Assembly (NCBI RefSeq): GCF_044227185.1
Contig: NZ_JBGAFO010000017.1
Span: 13,117-77,116, forward strand
Direction of reading: 5' to 3'
DNA length: 64,000 bases
From: Prosthecobacter sp.
GTDB taxonomy: Bacteria > Verrucomicrobiota > Verrucomicrobiia > Verrucomicrobiales > Verrucomicrobiaceae
The notes beneath the pieces were generated by a model. It had not been told where the DNA came from, ran no database searches, and worked only from the letters and a program-made list of their open reading frames with translations. A program made the position numbers and the translations under genes. This document shows, piece after piece, positions 48,698 to 56,723 of this stretch (positions within the stretch are counted from its first letter, which is position 1; every line of letters starts with the position of its first letter).

Positions 48698-49828
48698 ATG
48701 AAACCAGCTCTTCTCCTTGCTCTCTTCGTCAGCACCTCGCTGCTCGCTCAAACCGCCGCACCGAAAGCTCCGGCACCCGCACCCGCCGCCAAGCCCAAAG
48801 GCCCCACCATTCCAGCCGACGCGCAGTGGCACGATGTCACCACCTGGGGCGTCGAAGGCCGTGGCTGGGGAGATCAGGAGCGCCTGCGCTGGTTTGACCG
48901 CCTGCCCGCCAAAGCGGAAAAGACCGTCACGCCTGCGGTGTGGGGACTGAGCCGCGACAGCGCGGGCATGATGGTTCGCTTCAAGACCGACGCCAAGGCC
49001 ATCTACTGCCGCTATGATCTCTTCAAGGCCAATCTGGCCATGCCCGCCATGCCTGCCACCGGCGTCAGCGGCCTCGATCTGTATGCGCGTGATGCCAAAG
49101 GCCAGTGGAAATGGGTCACCTGCACGAAGCCGGGCGCTCAGCACATCGAAGCCGTGATGATCAGCGATCTCGCCCCCGGCGAGCACGAATTCGCCGCCTA
49201 CCTGCCGCTTTACAATGGCATTGAAAAACTCGAAATCGGCGTGCCTGCGAACGCGAAATTTGAAGGACTGAAGCCGCGCGAGAAGCCCGTCGTGTTCTAC
49301 GGCACTTCCATCACGCATGGTGCCAATGCTTCCCGCCCCGGCATGGTTCACACCGCCATCCTCGGCCGTCATCTGGACCGCCCTGTCATCAATCTCGGCT
49401 TCTCCGGCAACGGTCGCATGGACGCCGCCGTTGGCGATCTTCTCAATGAGCTCGATCCCGCCGTCATCGTCATCGACTGCCTCCCGAACATGGGCCCTGC
49501 CGACGTCGCCGCCAAATGCGTGCCGCTGGTGAAGCAACTGCGCAGCAAGCACACCACCATCCCGATCATCCTCGTCGAAGACCGCCGCTTCACGAATTCC
49601 TGGATCACCCCCGCCAAAGCCAAGTTCCATGACGAAAATCACGCCGCACTCAAGGCCGCCTACGAACAGTTGAAGAAGGAAAAGGTCGCCAACCTCCACT
49701 ACATCGGCGGCGACGCCCTCTACGGCACCGACGCCGAAGGCTCCAACGACGCCTCCCACGGCACCGACCTCGGCTTCCTGCGTCAGGCGGAAATTTTTGA
49801 GCCAGTGCTGCGCAAGGCGCTGAAGTAG
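48698..49828 (+). CDS. SGNH/GDSL-type hydrolase with N-terminal GxDLY domain
   Basis: Signal peptide, GVSGLDLY motif, FYGTSITHG (block I Ser), NLGFSGNG (block II). Confidence 0.8.
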   Translation: MKPALLLALFVSTSLLAQTAAPKAPAPAPAAKPKGPTIPADAQWHDVTTWGVEGRGWGDQERLRWFDRLPAKAEKTVTPAVWGLSRDSAGMMVRFKTDAKAIYCRYDLFKANLAMPAMPATGVSGLDLYARDAKGQWKWVTCTKPGAQHIEAVMISDLAPGEHEFAAYLPLYNGIEKLEIGVPANAKFEGLKPREKPVVFYGTSITHGANASRPGMVHTAILGRHLDRPVINLGFSGNGRMDAAVGDLLNELDPAVIVIDCLPNMGPADVAAKCVPLVKQLRSKHTTIPIILVEDRRFTNSWITPAKAKFHDENHAALKAAYEQLKKEKVANLHYIGGDALYGTDAEGSNDASHGTDLGFLRQAEIFEPVLRKALK

Positions 49829-49834
49829 TCCGCC

Positions 49835-50166
49835 TCACTCCGACCCCGGCGGTTCCAGCAATCGCCGGGGAAGGTCACGCATGCCCTGAATCACGCGAAA
49901 TACGACCAGCGTGTCGTCCTCAACACGGTAAAAATGAGATGCCTGTGAAAGGAACCGTGAATCCGGAATGACCTCAACTGCGCAAGACGCCGGTCTCTAA
50001 ATTTGCGGATGTGGCCGATTTCTGGATGACGACAGAGTTGTTCTTTCGTCTCGTTAAATGCAGCCAGATACCGTTCCGCCAGATCTTCATCGGCCACATC
50101 TGCATACCATTCATATTGCAGATCAAGATCCAGCAACGCATCCGAACGGATGTCGGCCGTCAGCAT
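49835..50166 (-). pseudogene. parE: ParE/RelE-family toxin, frameshifted
   Basis: The current frame ends ...HRHLIFTVLRTTRWSYFA* at 49891. Adding one T to the T5 run (plus-strand a-run 49930..49934) gives ...HRHLIFYRVEDDTLVVFRVIQGMRDLPRRLLEPPGSE* ending at 49835. That is the canonical ParE C-terminus. Confidence 0.8.
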
Positions 50167-50423
50167 GGCTGCAATGACGTCTGATTTGCCTCAGCACGCT
50201 TTCTATCACGCCAGCGCTGCCGAATGCCTTCGTAAAGCTCTTCATTGATAGGCTGGCGCGGGCTGTCCAACGCCTTGAGCATGACCGCTTCGAGTTCAGG
50301 GGATTCATAACCATCTTCCCGAACCACCTCATCGTGGCGCTCATTCATCCACTCGAACAATTCCATGAAGCTGTCCACAGGCAGTGCACGGATTGAGTCT
50401 TCAATTTGAGCGAGCGTCGTCAT
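50160..50423 (-). CDS. Putative antitoxin of the ParE module
   Basis: 87 aa, immediately upstream of the toxin ATG with a 7-nt overlap (ATGCTGA). Small acidic protein. The call rests on position; the family is not recognised with confidence. Confidence 0.6.
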   Translation of the reverse strand: MTTLAQIEDSIRALPVDSFMELFEWMNERHDEVVREDGYESPELEAVMLKALDSPRQPINEELYEGIRQRWRDRKRAEANQTSLQPC

Positions 50424-50473
50424 AGCAGAAAGTTATGCATCACCGGGCGCAACGCAAGCCCCTCGATCACACC

Positions 50474-51772
50474 TCACTTCCCGATCTTATACAGCGCCTT
50501 GTCCGTGCGGATGAACAGGGCGCTGCCATCGGCAATCGGGCTCGCCATGATGGCGCCATCCATCGTGTTCTGAGAGATGATCTTGAATTCCTTGGCTGCG
50601 TTCACAATCGTCACCACACCTTCGCGGCTGCAGAAGTAGAGTTTGCCGTCTGCCAGGATGGGCGAGGCGCTGTACTTGCCGCCGATGCGTTCGCGATAGA
50701 AGGCTTCGCCGGTCTTTGTGTCCACGCAGCTCACGATGCCGCCGTCATCCACGTAGAAAAGCAGCCCCTTCTCCAGCACGGGAGAGCACATCTTCGGCGC
50801 GTTCTTGTTGTTGCGCCAGGCCACTTCGGGCGTCTTCACCCCGGCATATTTCAGCGCCACCATGGCCGACTTGCCAAAGGCGGTGCTGAAGTAGATCTGC
50901 TGGTCGTCCGCCACCGGCACGGTGGACATGGAGAAGCCCAGCTCGCCGTAGTGCACCTTCCACAGCTCCGCGCCGGTCTGGGGATCGTAGCCGTAGATGT
51001 TGTTGGCGGCGGAGCTGACCACCTGCGGCTGACCATTGATGGTGACGACAAGCGGGGTGCCGTAGGCTTTGCGCTGCTGGGGGCGGGGGTCCATGTCTCC
51101 GGTGCGGGGTGTTTTCCAGGCGACGGCGCCTTTGATTGTGTCGAATCCGGCAATGAACTGCTGATCACTGCCGTCGAAATGCGCGATCAGCCGGTCCCCA
51201 TGGAGCACGGCGGTGGAGCCGGGGCCATTTTCGTGCATGACGTGGAGTTCTTCGTTTTTCCAGAGCACCTTCAAGGTTTTGGTGTCGAGAGCGACGGTGC
51301 CAAAGGAACCGAAGTGAGCATAGAGGCGGTCCTTTTCCAGGACGGGGGAGGGCGAGGCATAGCTGTTGAGCTGATGCGCCCACTGCGGCTCCTTGACGTT
51401 GAGGAGCTCAATGTCGTGGAGGATTTTGCCGCTGTTGCGGTCCACGCATAGGGCGTGAAGGCTTACCGAGCCCAGGACTGTCAGGGGCTGGTCTCCGGTG
51501 TTGGATTCGAGGCGGCGTTTGGTCTCCTCTGGAGTGGCGGGTTTTTCGATGGCGGTGGTGAGCCAGATGTGATCGCCCCACATGACGGGGGTGGAGTGGC
51601 CGCGGCCGGGGATCTCGGTCTTCCAGGCGACGTTGCTGGTTTCGCTCCAGGTCTCCGGAAGGCCGGAGGCGTTCGCATGCCCCTGGGCTGAGGGACCGCG
51701 CCATTCGGGCCAGTTGCCGGCATGGGACGACGAGGCGAGAATTAGAAGCGGGAAAAGAATGCGGTGGATCAT
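50474..51772 (-). CDS. PQQ-like beta-propeller repeat protein (BamB-like fold)
   Basis: The internal start MIHRILFPLLILASSSHA gives a signal peptide. NWPEWRGP...HSTPVMWGDHIWL and repeated propeller blades follow. Confidence 0.8.
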   Translation of the reverse strand: MIHRILFPLLILASSSHAGNWPEWRGPSAQGHANASGLPETWSETSNVAWKTEIPGRGHSTPVMWGDHIWLTTAIEKPATPEETKRRLESNTGDQPLTVLGSVSLHALCVDRNSGKILHDIELLNVKEPQWAHQLNSYASPSPVLEKDRLYAHFGSFGTVALDTKTLKVLWKNEELHVMHENGPGSTAVLHGDRLIAHFDGSDQQFIAGFDTIKGAVAWKTPRTGDMDPRPQQRKAYGTPLVVTINGQPQVVSSAANNIYGYDPQTGAELWKVHYGELGFSMSTVPVADDQQIYFSTAFGKSAMVALKYAGVKTPEVAWRNNKNAPKMCSPVLEKGLLFYVDDGGIVSCVDTKTGEAFYRERIGGKYSASPILADGKLYFCSREGVVTIVNAAKEFKIISQNTMDGAIMASPIADGSALFIRTDKALYKIGK

Positions 51773-51803
51773 AGGCAAGAACTGTCTTTCACTGGCAGGG
51801 ACC

Positions 51804-52670
51804 ATGCGCATCTTGCTTTTTCTTTTTGCTTTCGCCACCGTTTTGCGGGCCCAGACAGGGGAGCTCGAATCGTTCATCGAGGTGCGGTCCGGCACGCTGC
51901 CCGTCATTCTCACCGTGCCTCATGGCGGCATGCTGAAGCCGGCCAATGTGCTGGCGCGTCGCTACGGAGTCACGGGCACCGATTCCAACACCATCCCGCT
52001 GGCCGAGATGATCAGCGAGGAGCTCGCGGCGCGCTATGGCGGCAAGCCTCACGCCATCATCTCCCGCCTGCACCGGTCCAAGCTGGACCCCAATCGTGAT
52101 CTCGAAGAAGCGGCGCAGGGAGACCCCACCGCCGTGGCGGCCTGGCACCGCTTTCACGACAGCGCGCAAAAGGCCTGTGACACCGTGATGAAAAAGAGCG
52201 GCATGGGCCTGCTGCTGGACATTCACGGCCACCGCCATCTGGATCAGCGCGTGGAGCTGGGCTATCTGGTGAAGGCCGACCTCCTGAAGCAGTCGGATGC
52301 TGAACTGAACGCGGACACGGCGCTGATCGCCTCCACCTGCATTCGTGACCTGGACAAACGCTCGCCCGTGAGCTTCGCGGAACTGCTGCGCGGCCCGCAG
52401 AGCCTGGGCGGGCTGCTGGAGTACCGCGGGTTTCGCTGTCTGCCCAGTCCCTCGAAAGCGAACCCCGCCTTCCTGGCCGGCTACTTCAGCGGCGTGTATG
52501 ATGTGACCGCCCACGGTTCACGCAGCGGCGGCACTGTGAGCGCCATCCAGGTGGAGTGTCCCTGGAACAATGTGCGTGACACTCCCGAAAACCAGCGGCG
52601 CTTTGCCGTGGCGCTGGCGGAGTCACTCGGCGTTTACTTTGAGGTCCACTTTGGCCGGAAGCTGAAGTGA
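51804..52670 (+). CDS. N-formylglutamate amidohydrolase (FGase) family protein, secreted
   Basis: Signal peptide MRILLFLFAFATVLRA. PVILTVPHGG, SKLDPNRD and LLLDIHGH blocks are typical of the FGase family. Confidence 0.65.
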   Translation: MRILLFLFAFATVLRAQTGELESFIEVRSGTLPVILTVPHGGMLKPANVLARRYGVTGTDSNTIPLAEMISEELAARYGGKPHAIISRLHRSKLDPNRDLEEAAQGDPTAVAAWHRFHDSAQKACDTVMKKSGMGLLLDIHGHRHLDQRVELGYLVKADLLKQSDAELNADTALIASTCIRDLDKRSPVSFAELLRGPQSLGGLLEYRGFRCLPSPSKANPAFLAGYFSGVYDVTAHGSRSGGTVSAIQVECPWNNVRDTPENQRRFAVALAESLGVYFEVHFGRKLK

Positions 52671-54134
52671 GCGTTCCGTCCTGGGCTGCGGCTGCTCCGG
52701 CTCGGCCTTTTTGAGCTTGTTCCAGCAGGCGTCTGCCACTTCTTTTTGGGCGATGAAGACGCGGATCTCCGCCGGCGTGTTGGAGGCCCAGTCGATGGGA
52801 ATGCGCTCATCACGCAGGCCACGGCGATGCAGCCAGCCAAAAAAGGCGATGCTGCCCAACAGCGCGATGTTGAACGGCAGGCAGAGCGGCAGCAGCGCCA
52901 GCCGCAGCAGCGCCTCTGAGAGCGGCTCCCAAAGCAGCGCCAGGGCCAGCGTGACGAAAAGCATCCACAGAACCGTACGCACATTCAGCCGCAGGTAATG
53001 CCCGCCGAGAGCCAGCGCCAGGATGACGACATTCATCGCAAAGGCGGGATCCCCAAAGACCGGCTTCCACAAAGAGCCTGCGAAACAGGCCAGCAGCGCG
53101 GCCAGGGCCACCAGCGCGCTGGTGCGTGAATGCCAGAGAATGCCGATGAAGAACCACAGCCAGCAGAGCAGCACGCGTGTGGAGGTAAACTGCGCCGCCA
53201 GACTGAGATGCCCGGCCAGAAAGGTGCTGCACGCCTGGGCACGCTGTTTGGCCTCGCCTCCGGTGAGGGTGGCGGCAAATCCGGCGTAGGCGTCTGCAAA
53301 CAGCGGCGCGCACAGCGCCGCCGTGGTGAAGTGACGGCGCGCCTCATCGGGGCGGCCCGCCTGCAGGGCGCACCAGCCCAGGCCATCCCAGGAGTCGGCA
53401 AAAAAGGAATCCAGCGCCACGGCCCGGCGAAACGCCAGCTCCGCATCGTCATAGCGGCCCTGGCGGTAGCGGCTCCAGCCCAGGCCGTCATAGGCATCCG
53501 CCACGCCGATCTTGAGCGAGAGCACGCGGGAGAAAGCCGTCTGCGCCCCAGTTTGATCTCCGCGCCGGTACAAACTCCAGCCGAGACCCGCGCAGCGGTA
53601 GGCCTCCGCCATGTCGGTGCTGACCTCGGTGTTGAGGAAATGTTTCTCGGCCTTTTCAAAACGGTTCGTCAGCAGCGCGCGCCAGCCGCGCGTGAGCTCC
53701 GCATCATGCACGCCGAAGAAAATGAGCGCCGTCAGCGCCGCCCATGCGATGGCGACATAGGGCAGGCTGAAGAGGACGTAGGGCGACTTCGCCTCATGCA
53801 TCCGCTCGGCGACCGGCACGAAGAAAAAAGCCATGGCCCCGCAGCCGAGCGCGGTGGTCAGCGCCTGCGCCCACAGCGGCACCTGGGGAAAAAGATACCA
53901 CAGGGCGCCCAGCAGCGCGCCGTTCACACTGAAGAGGCCCGTCTTGAGCACCGTGTCATCCTGCGCACGCCATTGCGCGAAGAGGGAAATCAGCAGCGCC
54001 CCGGCCAGGCTCATCAGCGCGGCCTCGACTGACAGCACGAACAAGCCCAGGAGCACGCACACACCGGTGTCACGGTTGTTCGCCACGAGCATCTGCCCGT
54101 AACCACGCAGAGTGTGGTCCAGCAGGCGTTTCAT
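52623..54134 (-). CDS. Urea-transporter-fold membrane protein with a TPR insertion between the two half-domains
   Basis: The N-half has LRGYGQMLVANNRDTGVCVLLG...GLFSVNGALLGALWYLF (UT signature). The middle ~150 aa are TPR-like (AEAYRCAGLGWSLYRRGD, ADAYDGLGWSRYRQGRYDDAELAFRRAV, ADSWDGLGWCALQAGRPDEA). The C-half has AMNVVILALALGG. Confidence 0.65.
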   Translation of the reverse strand: MKRLLDHTLRGYGQMLVANNRDTGVCVLLGLFVLSVEAALMSLAGALLISLFAQWRAQDDTVLKTGLFSVNGALLGALWYLFPQVPLWAQALTTALGCGAMAFFFVPVAERMHEAKSPYVLFSLPYVAIAWAALTALIFFGVHDAELTRGWRALLTNRFEKAEKHFLNTEVSTDMAEAYRCAGLGWSLYRRGDQTGAQTAFSRVLSLKIGVADAYDGLGWSRYRQGRYDDAELAFRRAVALDSFFADSWDGLGWCALQAGRPDEARRHFTTAALCAPLFADAYAGFAATLTGGEAKQRAQACSTFLAGHLSLAAQFTSTRVLLCWLWFFIGILWHSRTSALVALAALLACFAGSLWKPVFGDPAFAMNVVILALALGGHYLRLNVRTVLWMLFVTLALALLWEPLSEALLRLALLPLCLPFNIALLGSIAFFGWLHRRGLRDERIPIDWASNTPAEIRVFIAQKEVADACWNKLKKAEPEQPQPRTERSLQLPAKVDLKVNAE

Positions 54135-55456
54135 GCAGCGGGGGGCAGTTCGGAAATCACAAGCGGCACTTTATGCGATCCTGGAGGTGCGGCAATCGTG
54201 GAGACGAAGGTGATTTGCAAATCCGCGGCATGGTCCAGCGCGGTTTCCAGCGCGCCCCGCACCCCTTTTTCCACGTCGTGGCGCGCGGCACCCGTTTCCG
54301 CCACCACGCGGACCTCCAGCATGCCCGGCTGCTTTTGCACCACCTGATACTGCGCCAGGCCGGGGACTTCCTCGATCGCATTGGTGATGACATACGGCGA
54401 GACCAAGCCGCCCCCGCGCGTGCGCAGCATGGCCGCGCTGCGGCCTTCGATCTGCCGGATGCTGCGCGCACTGCTGCCACAGGGGCAGGGCTCCGTCTCC
54501 CAGCGCGCCAGGTCCCCGAGTCCGCGATAGCGCAGGATCGGCGTGGCGGTGTTGGTCAGATCCGTGATGACCATGTGGCCCAGACCCTCGGTGGGCCGGC
54601 CCTCGTCATCGACGATCTCACACAGGACATTGGCCTCCGCGACATGCCAGCGCGAGTCCTGCACGCATTGCCAGGCCACCAGCCCGCCCTCGGTGCTGGT
54701 GTAAGTCTCGATGAGCCGTGCATTCGGAAAGATCTGCGCCAGCAAACGCCGCGTATGGGCGTCCAGCATCTCGGAGGTGAGGTGAATCAGCCGCGTTTTT
54801 TTCATCTCGCGGCCCTTCGCACGCAGCTCCAGCGCGATGGCACGCAGCGTTGATGGATAGGACGAAATGAACTCCGGCGCGGCGTTCAAAAGCTCGCGCG
54901 TGAGTTTGTCCACAGGCTCGTGCACGGAAAAAATGCGCGAATCCGGCACCGTGGTGCGCAGCAGATCTGCGGCGGCGAAGTCAATGCTGTCCCGCGCCAT
55001 GTCCACGAAGTAAAGCCCGTGGCTCAGCGGCTGGCCGTGGCACCAGTCATGGTACAAAGCTGTGTTGCAGGCCATGTAGTGCCACAGCGACTCCTCCGTG
55101 CGCGCCATGCTGGCGGGAATGCCGGTGGAGCCGGAGGACGCCAGCCAGCGAATGTCACCGCGGGGGTCTTTGGCGGTCAGATCCTCCCGCGCGGCGCTGC
55201 GCAGGTCGGCCTTGGCAAGAAAGGGAATTTTGGAGAGATCATCCCAGTCATCCAGCATCGCGGGTATGAAGCCGGCCTGCGCGAACAGGCGCTGGTAGAG
55301 CGGAACGTGCGCATGGGCATGCTGCACGAGCGAGCGAAGCATGCGCCACTGGTGAGCGCGGCGTTTGGGGGTGCTCCAGCCGCGTTGTTCGATCACCTGG
55401 TCCAGCGCGGCGTGGAGGCGCCGTCCCTGGCTGCGGATCTGGGAAGGCGTGTGCAT
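54131..55456 (-). CDS. Phenylacetate-CoA ligase / CapK / F390-synthetase family adenylate-forming enzyme
   Basis: The start at MHTPSQIRSQ gives 441 aa. LASSGSTGIPASM (P-loop-like), YTSTEGG and RYRGLGDLARWETEPCPCG blocks. The 193 upstream codons of the track ORF fall in a non-coding repeat array. Confidence 0.8.
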   Translation of the reverse strand: MHTPSQIRSQGRRLHAALDQVIEQRGWSTPKRRAHQWRMLRSLVQHAHAHVPLYQRLFAQAGFIPAMLDDWDDLSKIPFLAKADLRSAAREDLTAKDPRGDIRWLASSGSTGIPASMARTEESLWHYMACNTALYHDWCHGQPLSHGLYFVDMARDSIDFAAADLLRTTVPDSRIFSVHEPVDKLTRELLNAAPEFISSYPSTLRAIALELRAKGREMKKTRLIHLTSEMLDAHTRRLLAQIFPNARLIETYTSTEGGLVAWQCVQDSRWHVAEANVLCEIVDDEGRPTEGLGHMVITDLTNTATPILRYRGLGDLARWETEPCPCGSSARSIRQIEGRSAAMLRTRGGGLVSPYVITNAIEEVPGLAQYQVVQKQPGMLEVRVVAETGAARHDVEKGVRGALETALDHAADLQITFVSTIAAPPGSHKVPLVISELPPAA

Positions 55457-55482
55457 GGGGTTGCTTCTCTCTATCAGGCGGT

Positions 55483-56030
55483 GTTTGAGAACCAGTTTTG
55501 GCATGACACGCAAAACGGTCTTTGGGATGCGGGACGATGGGCGCTTGCGGAGTGCTGCGGGCTCGGAGGCCCGCGCTCCGGGGGCTGCGTTTGGTTTGAG
55601 AACCAGTTTGGCATGACACGCAACGGTCCTTTGTAAATGCGGGATGGTGGGTGATTGCGGGGTGCTGCGGGCTCGGAGGCCCGCGCTCCGGGGCTGCGTT
55701 TGGTTTGAGAGCCTGTTTGGCATGACACGCAACGGTCCTTTGTAAATGCGGGATGGTGGGTGATTGCGGGGTGCTGCGGGCTCGGAGGCCCGCGCTCCGG
55801 GGCTGCGTTTGGTTTGAGAACCAGTTTGGCATGACACGCAACGGTCTTTGTAAATGCGGGATGGTGGGCGCTTGCGGAGTGCTGCGGGCTCGGAGGCCCG
55901 CGCTCCAGCCCCGGAGCGGGGCTGCGTTTGGTTTGAGAGCCTGTTCGGCATTAGACGCAACGGTCCTTTGTAAATGCGGGACGGTGGGCGCTTGCGGAGT
56001 GCTGCGGGCTCGGAGGCCCGCGCTCCGGGG
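55483..56030. repeat. Five-copy tandem repeat array, unit ~109-119 bp, intergenic within the operon
   Basis: Units start with gtttgaga at 55483, 55594, 55703, 55812 and 55931. Each contains ggcatgacacgcaacgg, tttgtaaatgcggg and the hairpin gcgggc-tcggag-gcccgc. Copy 4 has an 11-nt insertion that creates cgctcc-agcccc-ggagcg. Confidence 0.9.
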
Positions 56031-56038
56031 GTCATGCA

Positions 56039-56701
56039 TCAAGGGCGGCCTGGGGGTGGGCCGGGGGGCTGGCCGGGAGGGCCGGAGCGGGTGAGGGCAA
56101 ATCCGTCCTGCACCATGTAGCCGTCCGGATTGATCTGCATGAGCTTCTCAAACAAAGGAGCAGCCATCCGGCCCTGCCCCTGGTTGATCAGTGACCAGCC
56201 AAACCAGCTCATGCCAATGGGGTCTTCAGGCTGGAGCTTGTAGGCGCGCTCAAAGTACACCTCGGCCTTCCGATAGTCCTGCTGGTTGAAAAGAATCTCT
56301 CCGGCGACGAGCAGCGTCGAGCGATGGAACTGGTCGATTTTCAAAACCTCACGCGCTGCGCGAAGGACGTCATCGGGTTTGTTCAGTGCCTGAAACACAT
56401 TCATCATGCCGAGGTGCGGTGTGATGGCGCGCGGCTCCTGCCTGGCGGCGGTGGTGTAGTACTGGACGGCCTTGGTGTAGTCTTTGTTGAGGTAGGAAAG
56501 CCACCCGGCGCGCACGGCCGCCAGATAGGTTTCACCGCCGGCGCTTTTGAAGGTCAGCACGCTTTGCAGCGCACCGGCGTAGTCGCCGTTGGCTTCAGCG
56601 CTGAGGGACTCCTGCCACGCCGCGGAGATGGCAGGCAGCTTGTCGGCGGCGTTCGCAGCGCTGGCAAAGGCCAGGGCAAGAATGAGGATGTGTGTTTTCA
56701 T
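56039..56701 (-). CDS. Periplasmic TPR-repeat protein
   Basis: The internal start MKTHILILALAFASAANA is a signal peptide, followed by TPR-like repeats (DYAGALQSV, DYTKAVQYYTTAARQEP, DYRKAEVYFERAYKLQPEDP). Pro/Gly-rich tail. Confidence 0.75.
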   Translation of the reverse strand: MKTHILILALAFASAANAADKLPAISAAWQESLSAEANGDYAGALQSVLTFKSAGGETYLAAVRAGWLSYLNKDYTKAVQYYTTAARQEPRAITPHLGMMNVFQALNKPDDVLRAAREVLKIDQFHRSTLLVAGEILFNQQDYRKAEVYFERAYKLQPEDPIGMSWFGWSLINQGQGRMAAPLFEKLMQINPDGYMVQDGFALTRSGPPGQPPGPPPGRP

Positions 56702-56723
56702 GGTTGAGAGGAGAGGCGTGTTT

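Noticed and set aside
52623-52670. 48-nt overlap of the convergent 3' ends of the FGase-family gene and the UT-TPR gene.
   Set aside because: It is probably trivial, reflecting late stop codons in GC-rich sequence. It is noted only as weak support for a functional link.
55600-55625. Sigma-54-like TGGCA...GC motif (ttggcatgacacgcaa) in every repeat unit.
   Set aside because: The GG-to-GC spacing is 8 nt rather than the 10 nt of the TGGCACG-N4-TTGCW consensus, and the -12 element is poor.
55483-56030. Possible CRISPR array.
   Set aside because: The units abut each other and are homologous along their whole ~110-bp length. There are no unique spacers, and no cas genes are in the window.
55457-56035. 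Apparent 193-codon N-terminal extension of the adenylating enzyme with repeated peptide ARASEPAALRKRPPSRIYKGPLRVMPNRLSNQTQPRS.
   Set aside because: It is produced by the tandem DNA repeat. The unit spacings of 111, 109, 109 and 119 nt are unequal and mostly not multiples of 3, so successive copies are read in different frames. Several frames on both strands are open simultaneously. The enzyme has a normal family-length start at 55456.
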